DNA of 64,000 nucleotides from Giardia intestinalis (Eukaryota): NCBI GenBank assembly GCA_000002435.2, contig CM018793.1; one strand, 5' to 3'. Shown piece by piece: positions 9,877 to 20,105 of this stretch (position 1 is its first letter; each line of letters starts with the position of its first letter). The notes under the pieces were generated by a model. It saw only the letters and a program-made list of their open reading frames with translations, ran no database searches and was not told where the DNA came from. The position numbers and the translations under genes were made by a program.

Positions 9877-9939
9877 CTATCACCCTCTATCACCCATTAT
9901 CACACACTATCACACATTGTATAGCATTCACTACCTGAG
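9877..9939 (-). repeat. inter-unit spacer U3/U4 (63 bp), CTATCAC/TTATCAC heptamers
   Basis: Plus ctatcaccctctatcacccattatcacacactatcacacattgtatagcattcactacctgag. Confidence 0.85.
9926..9932 (-). terminator. polyadenylation signal AGTGAAT of U4, within ACTCAGGTAGTGAAT, a perfect match to ACTYAGRTAGTRAAY
   Basis: Plus attcact 9926..9932. Coding strand TGACTCAGGTAGTGAATGC. Stop 9942..9940. Confidence 0.8.
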
Positions 9940-11691
9940 TCATGCCTTCCCTCTACATATGAACCACCAGCAGAGGAAGCCCACGAGGCCCCCCACGACA
10001 GCGATGACAGCCACGGAGATCCCTGCTATGGCACCAGTGCTGAGCCCGCTCCTGTTGGTGCTCATAGACACACACTTACCATTGTCTAGACTGTATCCAT
10101 CAACACACTCCCCACACACATCATCCACCACACAGCTCTTGCAGTCACTCACAGAGCACAGCACACACCCACTACCATCCCTGTTGGGCTTCTTACTACT
10201 GTCACAAGAGGTACACACAGCGACAGTCATACCAGCTGTTGTTAGAGCTGTTGGTGCTGTACACCGGGAGCAGCCATCCACCCCCACGTATGCCTTAGCA
10301 GTATTACCAGTACCTATTAGTGTGCCTAATGGGTTACCACATGCCAATACAGACTGATTCTGATTGGATGCTCCTGGTACTACGAAGTACTTATTACTTG
10401 CTGCTTCTGTGCATATCCCACTACTATCTGCTTTCGAGCACATGAAGCTACCAGGAGCCTTCTGAGTGCTATAACAACCTCCCATATAGAGGAAGTAGTT
10501 AGCAGCACATGATGTACATGTATGACTGTTACAGTTATTCCCGTTCTTTTGACTACTTTCAACACAGATGCCATCAATAGGGAACTTATTAGCCTCTCCA
10601 CAATAGGAACAGTAGTGCTTTGCATTGCCCTGATTATCAATCACTGTGGCATCACAAGAGCCAGCTGTCCCACCACAAGCAGTGGGGTCCTCGCAGGTCT
10701 TCTCTGTGCATGTATAGTTGTCTTGGTTTCCAGCGGGTTTTCTGTTAGGCTTGCACTTTGTGCACTTGAGGGATCCAGTACTGTTGTCACACTCGGCACA
10801 GCCCTCGATGCCATTATCGGTTTTGCTATCACAGGGGACACACTTTCCTGCTGGTTTTGCAACCTCAACGAGGAAGAACCCTGCCTTGCAGGTCAGGCAC
10901 TTATCCTCGGCAGTTTCAGCTGAGCATGTGGCACAGTTGTCGGCGCACTTGTCTGTACATGTCTTAGTATTTGTATTAAAGAAGTAGCCATCCAGACACT
11001 CTGAACAGACCGGTGGTTGTCCAGAAGCTTTAGCACATTTTTTACAGTTATCCTTTCCCTGATCGTTGCCAGACCCACTACTATCACTGCATAGATAACA
11101 GGCTGAGTCATCGTCTGCCTTGAAGTGATTCTCGTCTACGCAATCAGACGTAACAGTAACGCATGTCGTGGTGCCGTCGATGGCCGTCTTCACCTTCTTA
11201 TTGTTATTACAGGCGGTGCACTGGGGCTTACTGACGGTCGCATTGTACTCACACGTGGTGCAATCAGTTATTGCAGAATCCTTGCAGGTCATTGTCACAG
11301 GGTCAGCATAAGTGTTTCCAGTGCATCCATTATTATTCACGCATGACTTGTCAGTCTTCAGGTACTTCCCCTCTGGACACGATGTACACTGATTCGGACC
11401 ACTTCCATCGCAGGTCAGACAAGACTGATCACACTGCATACATACCAGAGAGTCCTTGTAGTATCCATCTTGGCAGGTATCACACGTGGCAGCCCCTGGA
11501 CTATTAGCTGGTGCCGTGCACTTGAGGCAATTAGCCACTCCCTTGTTCTCATTCGCTCCCGTGGCATCATGGCACAGGATGCACTCATTACCAGGGGTCA
11601 CTGTCGTAGCCTTGTTCTGGAATATGTACTGGTTATCTACCTTACAAGCAGTGCACACTCCATCACTGGCTGCTGTGCATATCACACTCCA
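9940..11691 (-). CDS. VSP-family cysteine-rich surface protein, short class (583 codons), unit U4. Tail ...WWFICRGKA. Headless.
   Basis: Tracker ORF 9940..11685 (581 aa). Upstream codons AGT, TGG, then TAG at 11694..11692. Reverse complement of 9940..9969 gives WWFICRGKA*. GGCY and CXXC motifs. Confidence 0.88.
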   Translation of the reverse strand, partial: WSVICTAASDGVCTACKVDNQYIFQNKATTVTPGNECILCHDATGANENKGVANCLKCTAPANSPGAATCDTCQDGYYKDSLVCMQCDQSCLTCDGSGPNQCTSCPEGKYLKTDKSCVNNNGCTGNTYADPVTMTCKDSAITDCTTCEYNATVSKPQCTACNNNKKVKTAIDGTTTCVTVTSDCVDENHFKADDDSACYLCSDSSGSGNDQGKDNCKKCAKASGQPPVCSECLDGYFFNTNTKTCTDKCADNCATCSAETAEDKCLTCKAGFFLVEVAKPAGKCVPCDSKTDNGIEGCAECDNSTGSLKCTKCKPNRKPAGNQDNYTCTEKTCEDPTACGGTAGSCDATVIDNQGNAKHYCSYCGEANKFPIDGICVESSQKNGNNCNSHTCTSCAANYFLYMGGCYSTQKAPGSFMCSKADSSGICTEAASNKYFVVPGASNQNQSVLACGNPLGTLIGTGNTAKAYVGVDGCSRCTAPTALTTAGMTVAVCTSCDSSKKPNRDGSGCVLCSVSDCKSCVVDDVCGECVDGYSLDNGKCVSMSTNRSGLSTGAIAGISVAVIAVVGGLVGFLCWWFICRGKA

Positions 11692-11752
11692 CTATCACAC
11701 ATTATCACACTATCACCTTCTATCACACATTGTACAGCATTCACTACCTAAG
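11692..11752 (-). repeat. inter-unit spacer U4/U5 (61 bp), CTATCAC/TTATCAC heptamers
   Basis: Plus ctatcacacattatcacactatcaccttctatcacacattgtacagcattcactacctaag. Confidence 0.85.
11739..11745 (-). terminator. polyadenylation signal AGTGAAT of U5
   Basis: Plus attcact 11739..11745. Coding strand TGACTTAGGTAGTGAAT, a perfect match to ACTYAGRTAGTRAAY. Stop 11755..11753. Confidence 0.8.
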
Positions 11753-13375
11753 TCACGCCTTCCCTCTACACACGAACCACCAGCAGAGGAAGCCCACGAG
11801 GCCCCCCACGACAGCGATGACAGCCACGGAGATCCCTGCTATGGCACCAGTACTGAGGCCGCTCTTGTTGACGCTTCCGCCGGTGTTGTCGCCAGTGCCG
11901 TCGCCCATCACGAAGCACATGAACGCACCGGTGGATGACACCGTGCACTGCCTGCACCCAGCGAGCCCCTCAGAGCACGGATTACACTTTGTCCCAGCAC
12001 TCTGCGGTTTGTAATATCCAGTGCTGCATGTAGCACAGGCGTTAGCGTCGTTAGCAGCCGTGCATGTCTCGCAGCTAAGATGGCACCTTTTATTGGAACA
12101 ATCGCCATTATCAGCCGTTAGACCACTGGCACATTTTGTACATTTTCCTCCCTGCACTGTAGTACACACTTGCTTGCCAGGCTGTCTATCTGTCTGATAG
12201 CAACCGCCATCTTTGAGGAAGTAGTTATTTTCACATTGAGTGCATGCTCCATTACTCACCGTAGTGCAAAATCGTGTTCGCGTATTGGCCGCACAGTTGC
12301 CATCCAGTGGTGCCTGTTGAGTGTTCTTGCACTTTGAGCAGTATGCAGTTCCTCCTATCTGAGCCCCACACTCTGCGCATCCATCGTTTGTAGAACTCAC
12401 GCTGCACTGGTTCATGCACGTGCCCCCATTGGCAGGAGTATCAGCATCTGTATACTGAAGCATCCTCCCAGCAGGACAAGCCGTACACTTATCAGCGCCC
12501 TCACCCTTGCACTCTACGCACGCATCGTTGCACTTCTTGCACTTTCTGTCAGTGTCATTTCCGTAGTAGCCCTTGAGGGTCGTGCAGTCAGATACGCATT
12601 GACTGGTTGGGGTGAGGTAGTACTCAGACAGACACTTTGTACAGACCTCCTTATCGGCACCTTCACTGGTGCACTCCAAACAGTGCTCTGTGTTACAGTT
12701 ACTGATTGGTTGGCATTCAGTCGATTCAGTATTAGGTTGGAGTCCTTCGTTGCACTCGCACACTTGGCTATCCTGTCCGGTGGCCTTGGGGGTAGAGTTA
12801 GCAGGGCAACTAGCAACGCACGACTTTCTGTTGAGACCAAAGATGGTCTTCGTATCAGTCGTACACGTCTTACAAACCACTCCGTTGGCGCCTTTCTCAC
12901 AAGTGGTGCAGTCAGTTGTTCCAGCCGACACACATGTATTGCACTCCTTTGCTTCTTCATCAACGTAGTGGGTTGCCGGACAACCAGCTGTGTCAACGCA
13001 CGTGCCGGTTGTGGACTCGCCATCCTTCTTCAGGTACTTCTTGGTCCCAGACGTTTTACACAGGCTGCACTTCTGTTGCTCCTTGGCCACGCACACAGCG
13101 CAATTATCATCTGCACACGCGGTGCACTTCTTCTCGGTAGCGTCGATGAAGAAGCCCTCCTCATTAGTACACGCCTCTGCGCTAACACAGCTGGGTGCAT
13201 CGCCAGCTTTAAAGTAGAATCCATCAACACACTCCCCACATATATTGTCCACCACACAGCTCTTGCAATCACCCACAGAGCATGTCACACACCCACTACC
13301 ACCCTTGTTGGGCTTCTTACCACTGTCACAGGCAGTACACACAGCGACAGTCATACCAGCTGTTGTTAGAGCTGT
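11753..13375 (-). repeat. constant 3' block, copy in U5 (offset +11885)
   Basis: ORFs 11908..12108, 12514..13023, 12599..13369 are identical to the U0 copy. Confidence 0.85.
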
Positions 13376-14824
13376 CGGGGCTGTGCACTGAGAGCAGCCA
13401 TCTACTCCCACGTATGCCTTAGCGGTACCTTGAGGATCTACTAGTGTGCCTAGGGGGTTACTACATGCCAACACGGACTGCTGAGCATTGGATGCCCCTG
13501 GTACCAGGAAGTACTTATTATTCTCATTAACAGCGGTACAGACACCGTTGGCTGCTGTCTTGCACATATGTTGTCCAGGTGGACTCTGAGTGCTATAACA
13601 ACCACCCATATATAAGAAATATCCTGTAGTACAAGACTCACAGACATGGTTGTTACAAGTATTACTTTGAGCCTCACTAGCACAGAGACCATCTATAGGA
13701 TACTTACTGCTATCCCCACAGTATGAACAGTAGTGCTTTGTGGTGCCCTGATCATCTATTATCATGGCATCACAAGCACCAGAGGTACCCCCACAGGCAG
13801 TATCATCTTCACATACCTTTGTACATGTAACAGGACTGGTACCACTCTGCTTGCGATAGTTCACCTTACAGTCAGTACACTTGAAAGTACTGGCCTCCAT
13901 TGTGCATTGGGAGCACCCCTCGATGCCCCCATTGTTTGTGTCATCGCAGGCGAAGCATTCTCCAGGAGTGCTACTGACCTTCAGGAAGAACCCGGTCTTG
14001 CAGGTTTGGCATTTGGTCTTGTCAGCTTTTTCAGAACATGTGGCACAGTTAGCACCACAGGCCTCACACGTGGCGGCAGGGCCATTTCCTTCTTTGATAT
14101 ACCCTTCGAGGCATTCTATGCATTCTGGTTTCTGACTTTGCTGCTTAGTACATGTCTTGCAGCCGGCAATGCCTTTGTTCTTTTGTTCTGGATCCGACGC
14201 TGCGGGATCACTGCACAAACGACACACGTTGTCTTCGGTCATAAAGAGACCGTTATCAGCTCCTTGACACCCGGCGTAGTTCTTCGCCACGCAGGTCGAG
14301 GTTCCATCAAGGGTCGTCCTGGGGATCTTACTGTTATCACAAGCTGTGCACTTCGGCTTCTTGGTAGTCGAATCAACTTCACACTGGGTACATGCTTGAT
14401 CTATCGTGTTGCAGTCCCTACAAGTTCCCGACTCTGGGTCAGCATAAGTGTTTCCAGTGCACTCATTACTATTCACGCATGCATTATCCTTCAGGAACGT
14501 ATTTCCCTTACAAGAGGTACACTGGGTCGCCGACGTCTCACAGGTCAGGCAAGAGTCGTTGCACTTCTCACATGCGCCGTTACTATTTAGAAAGTATCCC
14601 TCTGTGCATGCAGTACACGTGGCAGCCCCCTTGTTACTGTCTGGCGCTGTGCATGTGGCGCAGCTCTCCACTCCCTTATATCCATTCGCTCCCGTGGCAT
14701 CATGACAGAGTATGCACTCCCCACCAGGGGTCACCTTGTCTGCCCCATTCTGGAATATGTACTGACTATCTGTATTACAAGCAGTGCACACTCCATCACT
14801 GGCTGCTGTGCATATCACACTCCA
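11753..14824 (-). CDS. VSP-family cysteine-rich surface protein, long class (1023 codons), unit U5. Headless.
   Basis: Tracker ORF 11753..14818 (1021 aa). W codon 14824..14822, TAG 14827..14825. Variable 5' half, then the constant 3' block 11885..13375 shared with U0, U3, U8, U10 and U13. Confidence 0.88.
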   Translation of the reverse strand, partial: WSVICTAASDGVCTACNTDSQYIFQNGADKVTPGGECILCHDATGANGYKGVESCATCTAPDSNKGAATCTACTEGYFLNSNGACEKCNDSCLTCETSATQCTSCKGNTFLKDNACVNSNECTGNTYADPESGTCRDCNTIDQACTQCEVDSTTKKPKCTACDNSKIPRTTLDGTSTCVAKNYAGCQGADNGLFMTEDNVCRLCSDPAASDPEQKNKGIAGCKTCTKQQSQKPECIECLEGYIKEGNGPAATCEACGANCATCSEKADKTKCQTCKTGFFLKVSSTPGECFACDDTNNGGIEGCSQCTMEASTFKCTDCKVNYRKQSGTSPVTCTKVCEDDTACGGTSGACDAMIIDDQGTTKHYCSYCGDSSKYPIDGLCASEAQSNTCNNHVCESCTTGYFLYMGGCYSTQSPPGQHMCKTAANGVCTAVNENNKYFLVPGASNAQQSVLACSNPLGTLVDPQGTAKAYVGVDGCSQCTAPTALTTAGMTVAVCTACDSGKKPNKGGSGCVTCSVGDCKSCVVDNICGECVDGFYFKAGDAPSCVSAEACTNEEGFFIDATEKKCTACADDNCAVCVAKEQQKCSLCKTSGTKKYLKKDGESTTGTCVDTAGCPATHYVDEEAKECNTCVSAGTTDCTTCEKGANGVVCKTCTTDTKTIFGLNRKSCVASCPANSTPKATGQDSQVCECNEGLQPNTESTECQPISNCNTEHCLECTSEGADKEVCTKCLSEYYLTPTSQCVSDCTTLKGYYGNDTDRKCKKCNDACVECKGEGADKCTACPAGRMLQYTDADTPANGGTCMNQCSVSSTNDGCAECGAQIGGTAYCSKCKNTQQAPLDGNCAANTRTRFCTTVSNGACTQCENNYFLKDGGCYQTDRQPGKQVCTTVQGGKCTKCASGLTADNGDCSNKRCHLSCETCTAANDANACATCSTGYYKPQSAGTKCNPCSEGLAGCRQCTVSSTGAFMCFVMGDGTGDNTGGSVNKSGLSTGAIAGISVAVIAVVGGLVGFLCWWFVCRGKA

Positions 14825-14885
14825 CTATCACACATTATCACACTATCACCTTCTATCACACATTGTACAGCATTCACTACCTAAG
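14825..14885 (-). repeat. inter-unit spacer U5/U6 (61 bp)
   Basis: Plus ctatcacacattatcacactatcaccttctatcacacattgtacagcattcactacctaag, identical to the U4/U5 spacer. Confidence 0.85.
14872..14878 (-). terminator. polyadenylation signal AGTGAAT of U6
   Basis: Plus attcact 14872..14878 (cattcactacctaagtca). Stop 14888..14886. Confidence 0.8.
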
Positions 14886-16619
14886 TCACGCCTTCCCTCT
14901 ACACACGAACCACCAGCAGAGGAAGCCCACGAGGCCCCCCACGACAGCGATGACAGCGACGGAGATGCCGGCTATGGCACCAGTGCTGAGCCCGCTCCTG
15001 TTGGTGCTCATAGACACACACTTACCATTGTCTAGACTGTATCCATCAACACACTCCCCACATATATTGTCCACCACACAGCTCTTGCAATCACCCACAG
15101 AGCATGTCACACACCCACTACCACCCTTGTTGGGCTTCTTACCACTGTCACAGGCAGTACACACAGCGACAGTCATACCAGCTGTTGTTAGAGCTGTCGG
15201 GGCTGTGCACTGAGAGCAGCCATCTACTCCCACGTATGCCTTAGCGGTACCTTGAGGATCTACTAGTGTGCCAAGGGAGTTGCCACATGCCAATACAGAC
15301 TGTTGAGCATTGGTTGCTTCTGGGACTACGAAGTACTTATTATTCTCATTAACAGCGGTACAGACACCGTTGGCTGCTGTCTTGCACATGGACTTACCCG
15401 GCTGAGTTGACACACTATAACAACCACCCATGTATAGGAAGTATCCCGTAGTACATGATGTACATATATGATTATCACAAGTATTCCCATTCTTTTGACC
15501 ACTATCAACACACTTCCCATCAATTGGTATCTTATTGGTCTCTCCACAGTAGGAACAGTAGTGCTTTGTGGTGCCCTTATCATCAATTATCATGGCATCG
15601 CAGGCACCAGAGGTACCCCCGCAGGCCGTATCATCTTCACAAGTCCTGGTGCATGTGACCCCAGTTGAAGGGGTACCGCTCTGCTTGTAGTTCACCTTAC
15701 AGGAGTTGCAGGTCAACGAGCTAGAGAAGGTGCACGTTGCACATCCATCGATGCCATCCTTAGCTGTATCACTACAAGGGACGCACTCACCGGGGCCACT
15801 GACTTTCATGAAGAACCCCTCCTTACAGGTCAAGCACTTATCGTCTCCAATTTGAGTGCAGGTGGCACAGTTGGGAGCACAGGCCTTACACTTGAAGGTG
15901 CCGGGCGCAGAATCGTAATATCCGGGTAAGCATCCGGTACAAGCGGGTGGTTGGTTGTTATTAGGTTTTGTGCACGCACTACAGCCCTCCAGTCCCTTAT
16001 TTGTGTTCTCATTATCTCCGCTGGTATCGCTGCACAAGACACACGCAGCATCACCATCTGCCTTGAAGTGATCAGCATCCTGGCATCCAGAGCTCACATC
16101 AACGCACGTTGTGGTGCCATCGATGGCCGTCTTCACCTTCTTACTGCCACAGTTAGTGCACTGGGGCTTACTGACAGTCGCATTGTACTTGCATGCCGTG
16201 CAATCAGTTATTGTACTACATGCCATGCACGTTCCAGACTCTGGATCAGCATACTTACCATTACCACAGCTATCAGTACATTGATTCCCATTGAGGTACT
16301 TCCCCTCTGGACACGATGTGCACTGGGTCGCCGATGTCTCACAGGTGGCACAGTTCCCCTCGCATGGCTTACAAAGCTTGTTGTTTAGGAAGTACCCCTC
16401 TTGACAGGTATTACACGTGGCAGGTCCTGCATTCCCTGGTGCCGTACACTTGAGACAGTTGGCCACTCCCGTATATCCATTCGCTCCCTTGATATCAGAG
16501 CACAGGATGCACTCACTACCAGGGGTCACCTTGTCTGCCCTGTTCTGGAATATGTACTTGTTATCTGTCTTACAAGCAGTGCACAGTCCATTACTGGCCT
16601 TTGTACATATCACACTCCA
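14886..16619 (-). CDS. VSP-family cysteine-rich surface protein, short class (577 codons), unit U6. Headless.
   Basis: Tracker ORF 14886..16613 (575 aa). W codon 16619..16617, TAG 16622..16620. CRGKA tail, GGCY. Confidence 0.88.
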   Translation of the reverse strand, partial: WSVICTKASNGLCTACKTDNKYIFQNRADKVTPGSECILCSDIKGANGYTGVANCLKCTAPGNAGPATCNTCQEGYFLNNKLCKPCEGNCATCETSATQCTSCPEGKYLNGNQCTDSCGNGKYADPESGTCMACSTITDCTACKYNATVSKPQCTNCGSKKVKTAIDGTTTCVDVSSGCQDADHFKADGDAACVLCSDTSGDNENTNKGLEGCSACTKPNNNQPPACTGCLPGYYDSAPGTFKCKACAPNCATCTQIGDDKCLTCKEGFFMKVSGPGECVPCSDTAKDGIDGCATCTFSSSLTCNSCKVNYKQSGTPSTGVTCTRTCEDDTACGGTSGACDAMIIDDKGTTKHYCSYCGETNKIPIDGKCVDSGQKNGNTCDNHICTSCTTGYFLYMGGCYSVSTQPGKSMCKTAANGVCTAVNENNKYFVVPEATNAQQSVLACGNSLGTLVDPQGTAKAYVGVDGCSQCTAPTALTTAGMTVAVCTACDSGKKPNKGGSGCVTCSVGDCKSCVVDNICGECVDGYSLDNGKCVSMSTNRSGLSTGAIAGISVAVIAVVGGLVGFLCWWFVCRGKA

Positions 16620-16680
16620 CTATCACACTATCACCCTCTATTACCCATTATCACACATTGTATAGCATTCACTACCCAAG
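16620..16680 (-). repeat. inter-unit spacer U6/U7 (61 bp)
   Basis: Plus ctatcacactatcaccctctattacccattatcacacattgtatagcattcactacccaag. Confidence 0.85.
16667..16673 (-). terminator. polyadenylation signal AGTGAAT of U7
   Basis: Plus attcact 16667..16673. Stop 16683..16681. Confidence 0.75.
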
Positions 16681-18435
16681 TCACGCCTTCCCCCTGCACA
16701 CGAACCACCAGCAGAGGAAGCCCACGAGGCCCCCCACGACAGCGACCACAGCGACGGAGATCCCCGCGATGGCCCCCGTGGAGAGCCCGCTCCTGTTGGT
16801 ACTCATAGACACACAGGAGGTCCCACTGCTGTCTAGACTGTACCCATCAACACACTCCCCACACACATCATCCACCACACAGCTCTTGCAGTCACTCACA
16901 GAGCACAGCACACACCCACTACCATCCCTGTTGGGCTTCTTACTACTGTCACAAGAGGTACACACAGCGACAGTCATACCAGCCCCAGTCAGAGCTGCTG
17001 GGGCTGTACACTGCGAACAGCCATCCACCCCCACATATGCCTTAGAGGTATCACCAGTGCCTACTAGTGTGCCAAGGGAGTTGCCACATGCCAATACAGA
17101 CTGTTGAGCATTGGTTGCTTCTGGGACTACGAAGTACTTATTATTCTCACTAACAGCGGTACAGACACCGTTGGCTGCTGTCTTGCACATGGACTTACCC
17201 GGCTGAGTTGACACACTATAGCAGCCTCCCATGTACAAGAAGTATCCTGTAGTACATGATGTACATGTATGATTGTTACAGTTATTCCCCTCTTTCTTTT
17301 CATTCCCAACACATAGTCCATTAATGGGGAACTCACTGTCCTTTCCACAGTATGAACAGTAGTGATGCTCCTTCCCTGTGTTGTCGATCACTATTGCATC
17401 GCAGGCTCCAGAAGTACCACCACAAGCCGTGGGGTCTTCACAAGTCTTCTCACACGTGACCGCTCCTCCAGCCCCTACCTTCTTTTGGTAGTTCACCTTA
17501 CAAGAGTCACAAGTAAACGAGCCAGAGAGGGTGCACGTTGCACAGCCGGGCACTCCATCTGTCGGATCGTCGCATGGGACGCACTTCTTGGCCCCGTCAT
17601 TCTTTAAGAAAAACCCTGGCTTGCACTTTTCACAGGTATCTATAGCGCCTCCTGGCCCGCACTTTCCGCAATCGCCAGCGCACGCAACGCATACGGCGGG
17701 GTTACCGTTCCCGCTGTCGTAGTAGCCATCGAGGCACGTCTTGCATTCTGGCTTAGCGCCGTTCTTGCTGCAGGTCCCGCAACCGGGGCTTCCCTTGTTA
17801 TTATCTGTCTTGCTGCTATCGTTGCTACATAGTATGCATTCGGCATCTCCGTCGCTCAAGAAGTTCTCACCAGTTGCTCCGCTTTGAGTGCAGGTGCCGG
17901 CGTCTATACACGTAGTCGTCCCGTCGGCCTCTTCCTTGACTATCTTAGCTCCATTACATGCCGTGCACTTTGGGCCCCCAGTTGCCGGGTTGTACTCACA
18001 CGTGGTGCAATCAGTTATTGCAGACGCCTTGCAGGTCATTGTCACAGGGTCAGCATAAGTGTTTCCAGTGCACTCATTACTATTCACGCATGCATTATCC
18101 TTCAGGAACGTATTTCCCTTACAAGAGGTACACTGGGTCGCCGACGTCTCACAGGTCAGGCAAGAGTCGTTGCACTTCTCACATGCGCCGTTACTATTTA
18201 GAAAGTATCCCTCTGTGCATGCAGTACACGTGGCAGCCCCCTTGTTACTGTCTGGCGCTGTGCATGTGGCGCAGCTCTCCACTCCCTTATATCCATTCGC
18301 TCCTGTGGCATCATGACAGAGTATGCACTCCCCACCAGGGGTCACCTTGTCTGCCCCATTCTGGAATATGTACTGACTATCTGTATTACAAGCAGTGCAC
18401 AGTCCTCCCTCAGCCTTTGTGCATATCTCACTCCA
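16681..18435 (-). CDS. VSP-family cysteine-rich surface protein, short class (584 codons), unit U7. Patchwork of U5 5' module, U3 middle module and U4-like 3' module. Headless.
   Basis: Tracker ORF 16681..18345 (554 aa, GTG-derived M at the V of KVTPGG). I translated 18435..18346 by hand: WSEICTKAEGGLCTACNTDSQYIFQNGADK-VTPGGECILCHDATG, no stop, preceded by TAG 18438..18436. Secondary ORFs 17127..17348, 17362..17607, 17640..17846 duplicate U3 8574..9293. ORFs 17958..18316 duplicate U5 14392..14705. Confidence 0.85.
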   Translation of the reverse strand, partial: WSEICTKAEGGLCTACNTDSQYIFQNGADKVTPGGECILCHDATGANGYKGVESCATCTAPDSNKGAATCTACTEGYFLNSNGACEKCNDSCLTCETSATQCTSCKGNTFLKDNACVNSNECTGNTYADPVTMTCKASAITDCTTCEYNPATGGPKCTACNGAKIVKEEADGTTTCIDAGTCTQSGATGENFLSDGDAECILCSNDSSKTDNNKGSPGCGTCSKNGAKPECKTCLDGYYDSGNGNPAVCVACAGDCGKCGPGGAIDTCEKCKPGFFLKNDGAKKCVPCDDPTDGVPGCATCTLSGSFTCDSCKVNYQKKVGAGGAVTCEKTCEDPTACGGTSGACDAIVIDNTGKEHHYCSYCGKDSEFPINGLCVGNEKKEGNNCNNHTCTSCTTGYFLYMGGCYSVSTQPGKSMCKTAANGVCTAVSENNKYFVVPEATNAQQSVLACGNSLGTLVGTGDTSKAYVGVDGCSQCTAPAALTGAGMTVAVCTSCDSSKKPNRDGSGCVLCSVSDCKSCVVDDVCGECVDGYSLDSSGTSCVSMSTNRSGLSTGAIAGISVAVVAVVGGLVGFLCWWFVCRGKA

Positions 18436-18486
18436 CTATCATACTATCACCCTCTATCACACATTGTACAGCATTCACTACCCAAG
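18436..18486 (-). repeat. inter-unit spacer U7/U8 (51 bp)
   Basis: Plus ctatcatactatcaccctctatcacacattgtacagcattcactacccaag, identical to the U2/U3 spacer. Confidence 0.85.
18473..18479 (-). terminator. polyadenylation signal AGTGAAT of U8
   Basis: Plus attcact 18473..18479. Stop 18489..18487. Confidence 0.75.
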
Positions 18487-20105
18487 TCACGCCTTCCCCC
18501 TGCACACGAACCACCAGCAGAGGAAGCCCACGAGGCCCCCCACGACAGCGATGACAGCCACGGAGATCCCTGCTATGGCACCAGTACTGAGGCCGCTCTT
18601 GTTGACGCTTCCGCCGGTGTTGTCGCCAGTGCCGTCGCCCATCACGAAGCACATGAACGCACCGGTGGATGACACCGTGCACTGCCTGCACCCAGCGAGC
18701 CCCTCAGAGCACGGATTACACTTTGTCCCAGCACTCTGCGGTTTGTAATATCCAGTGCTGCATGTAGCACAGGCGTTAGCGTCGTTAGCAGCCGTGCATG
18801 TCTCGCAGCTAAGATGGCACCTTTTATTGGAACAATCGCCATTATCAGCCGTTAGACCACTGGCACATTTTGTACATTTTCCTCCCTGCACTGTAGTACA
18901 CACTTGCTTGCCAGGCTGTCTATCTGTCTGATAGCAACCGCCATCTTTGAGGAAGTAGTTATTTTCACATTGAGTGCATGCTCCATTACTCACCGTAGTG
19001 CAAAATCGTGTTCGCGTATTGGCCGCACAGTTGCCATCCAGTGGTGCCTGTTGAGTGTTCTTGCACTTTGAGCAGTATGCAGTTCCTCCTATCTGAGCCC
19101 ACACTCTGCGCATCCATCGTTTGTAGAACTCACGCTGCACTGGTTCATGCACGTGCCCCCATTGGCAGGAGTATCAGCATCTGTATACTGAAGCATCCTC
19201 CCAGCAGGACAAGCCGTACACTTATCAGCGCCCTCACCCTTGCACTCTACGCACGCATCGTTGCACTTCTTGCACTTTCTGTCAGTGTCATTTCCGTAGT
19301 AGCCCTTGAGGGTCGTGCAGTCAGATACGCATTGACTGGTTGGGGTGAGGTAGTACTCAGACAGACACTTTGTACAGACCTCCTTATCGGCACCTTCACT
19401 GGTGCACTCCAAACAGTGCTCTGTGTTACAGTTACTGATTGGTTGGCATTCAGTCGATTCAGTATTAGGTTGGAGTCCTTCGTTGCACTCGCACACTTGG
19501 CTATCCTGTCCGGTGGCCTTGGGGGTAGAGTTAGCAGGGCAACTAGCAACGCACGACTTTCTGTTGAGACCAAAGATGGTCTTCGTATCAGTCGTACACG
19601 TCTTACAAACCACTCCGTTGGCGCCTTTCTCACAAGTGGTGCAGTCAGTTGTTCCAGCCGACACACATGTATTGCACTCCTTTGCTTCTTCATCAACGTA
19701 GTGGGTTGCCGGACAACCAGCTGTGTCAACGCACGTGCCGGTTGTGGACTCGCCATCCTTCTTCAGGTACTTCTTGGTCCCAGACGTTTTACACAGGCTG
19801 CACTTCTGTTGCTCCTTGGCCACGCACACAGCGCAATTATCATCTGCACACGCGGTGCACTTCTTCTCGGTAGCGTCGATGAAGAAGCCCTCCTCATTAG
19901 TACACGCCTCTGCGCTAACACAGCTGGGTGCATCGCCAGCTTTAAAGTAGAATCCATCAACACACTCCCCACATATATTGTCCACCACACAGCTCTTGCA
20001 ATCACCCACAGAGCATGTCACACACCCACTACCACCCTTGTTGGGCTTCTTACCACTGTCACAGGCAGTACACACAGCGACAGTCATACCAGCTGTTGTT
20101 AGAGC
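18487..20105 (-). repeat. constant 3' block, copy in U8 (offset +18619, carries the 1-bp deletion at 19098..19100)
   Basis: ORFs 18642..18842, 19247..19756 are identical. The 19008..20102 plus-strand ORF is lengthened by the deletion. Confidence 0.85.

Noticed and set aside
19008-20102. Long plus-strand ORFs antisense to the VSP units (e.g. 19008..20102 364 aa, 26010..27116 368 aa, 714..1484 256 aa, 13733..14590, 14392..15213, and their copies)
   Set aside because: They sit entirely inside the conserved minus-strand VSP frame and recur only because the units recur. Their translations are low-complexity (L/T/S/H/C-rich) with no recognisable domain. Open antisense frames are expected when the sense strand is dominated by TGC/TGT/ACA/GCA codons and avoids TTA/CTA/TCA triplets. 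Antisense VSP RNA does exist in Giardia, but that does not require these to be coding.
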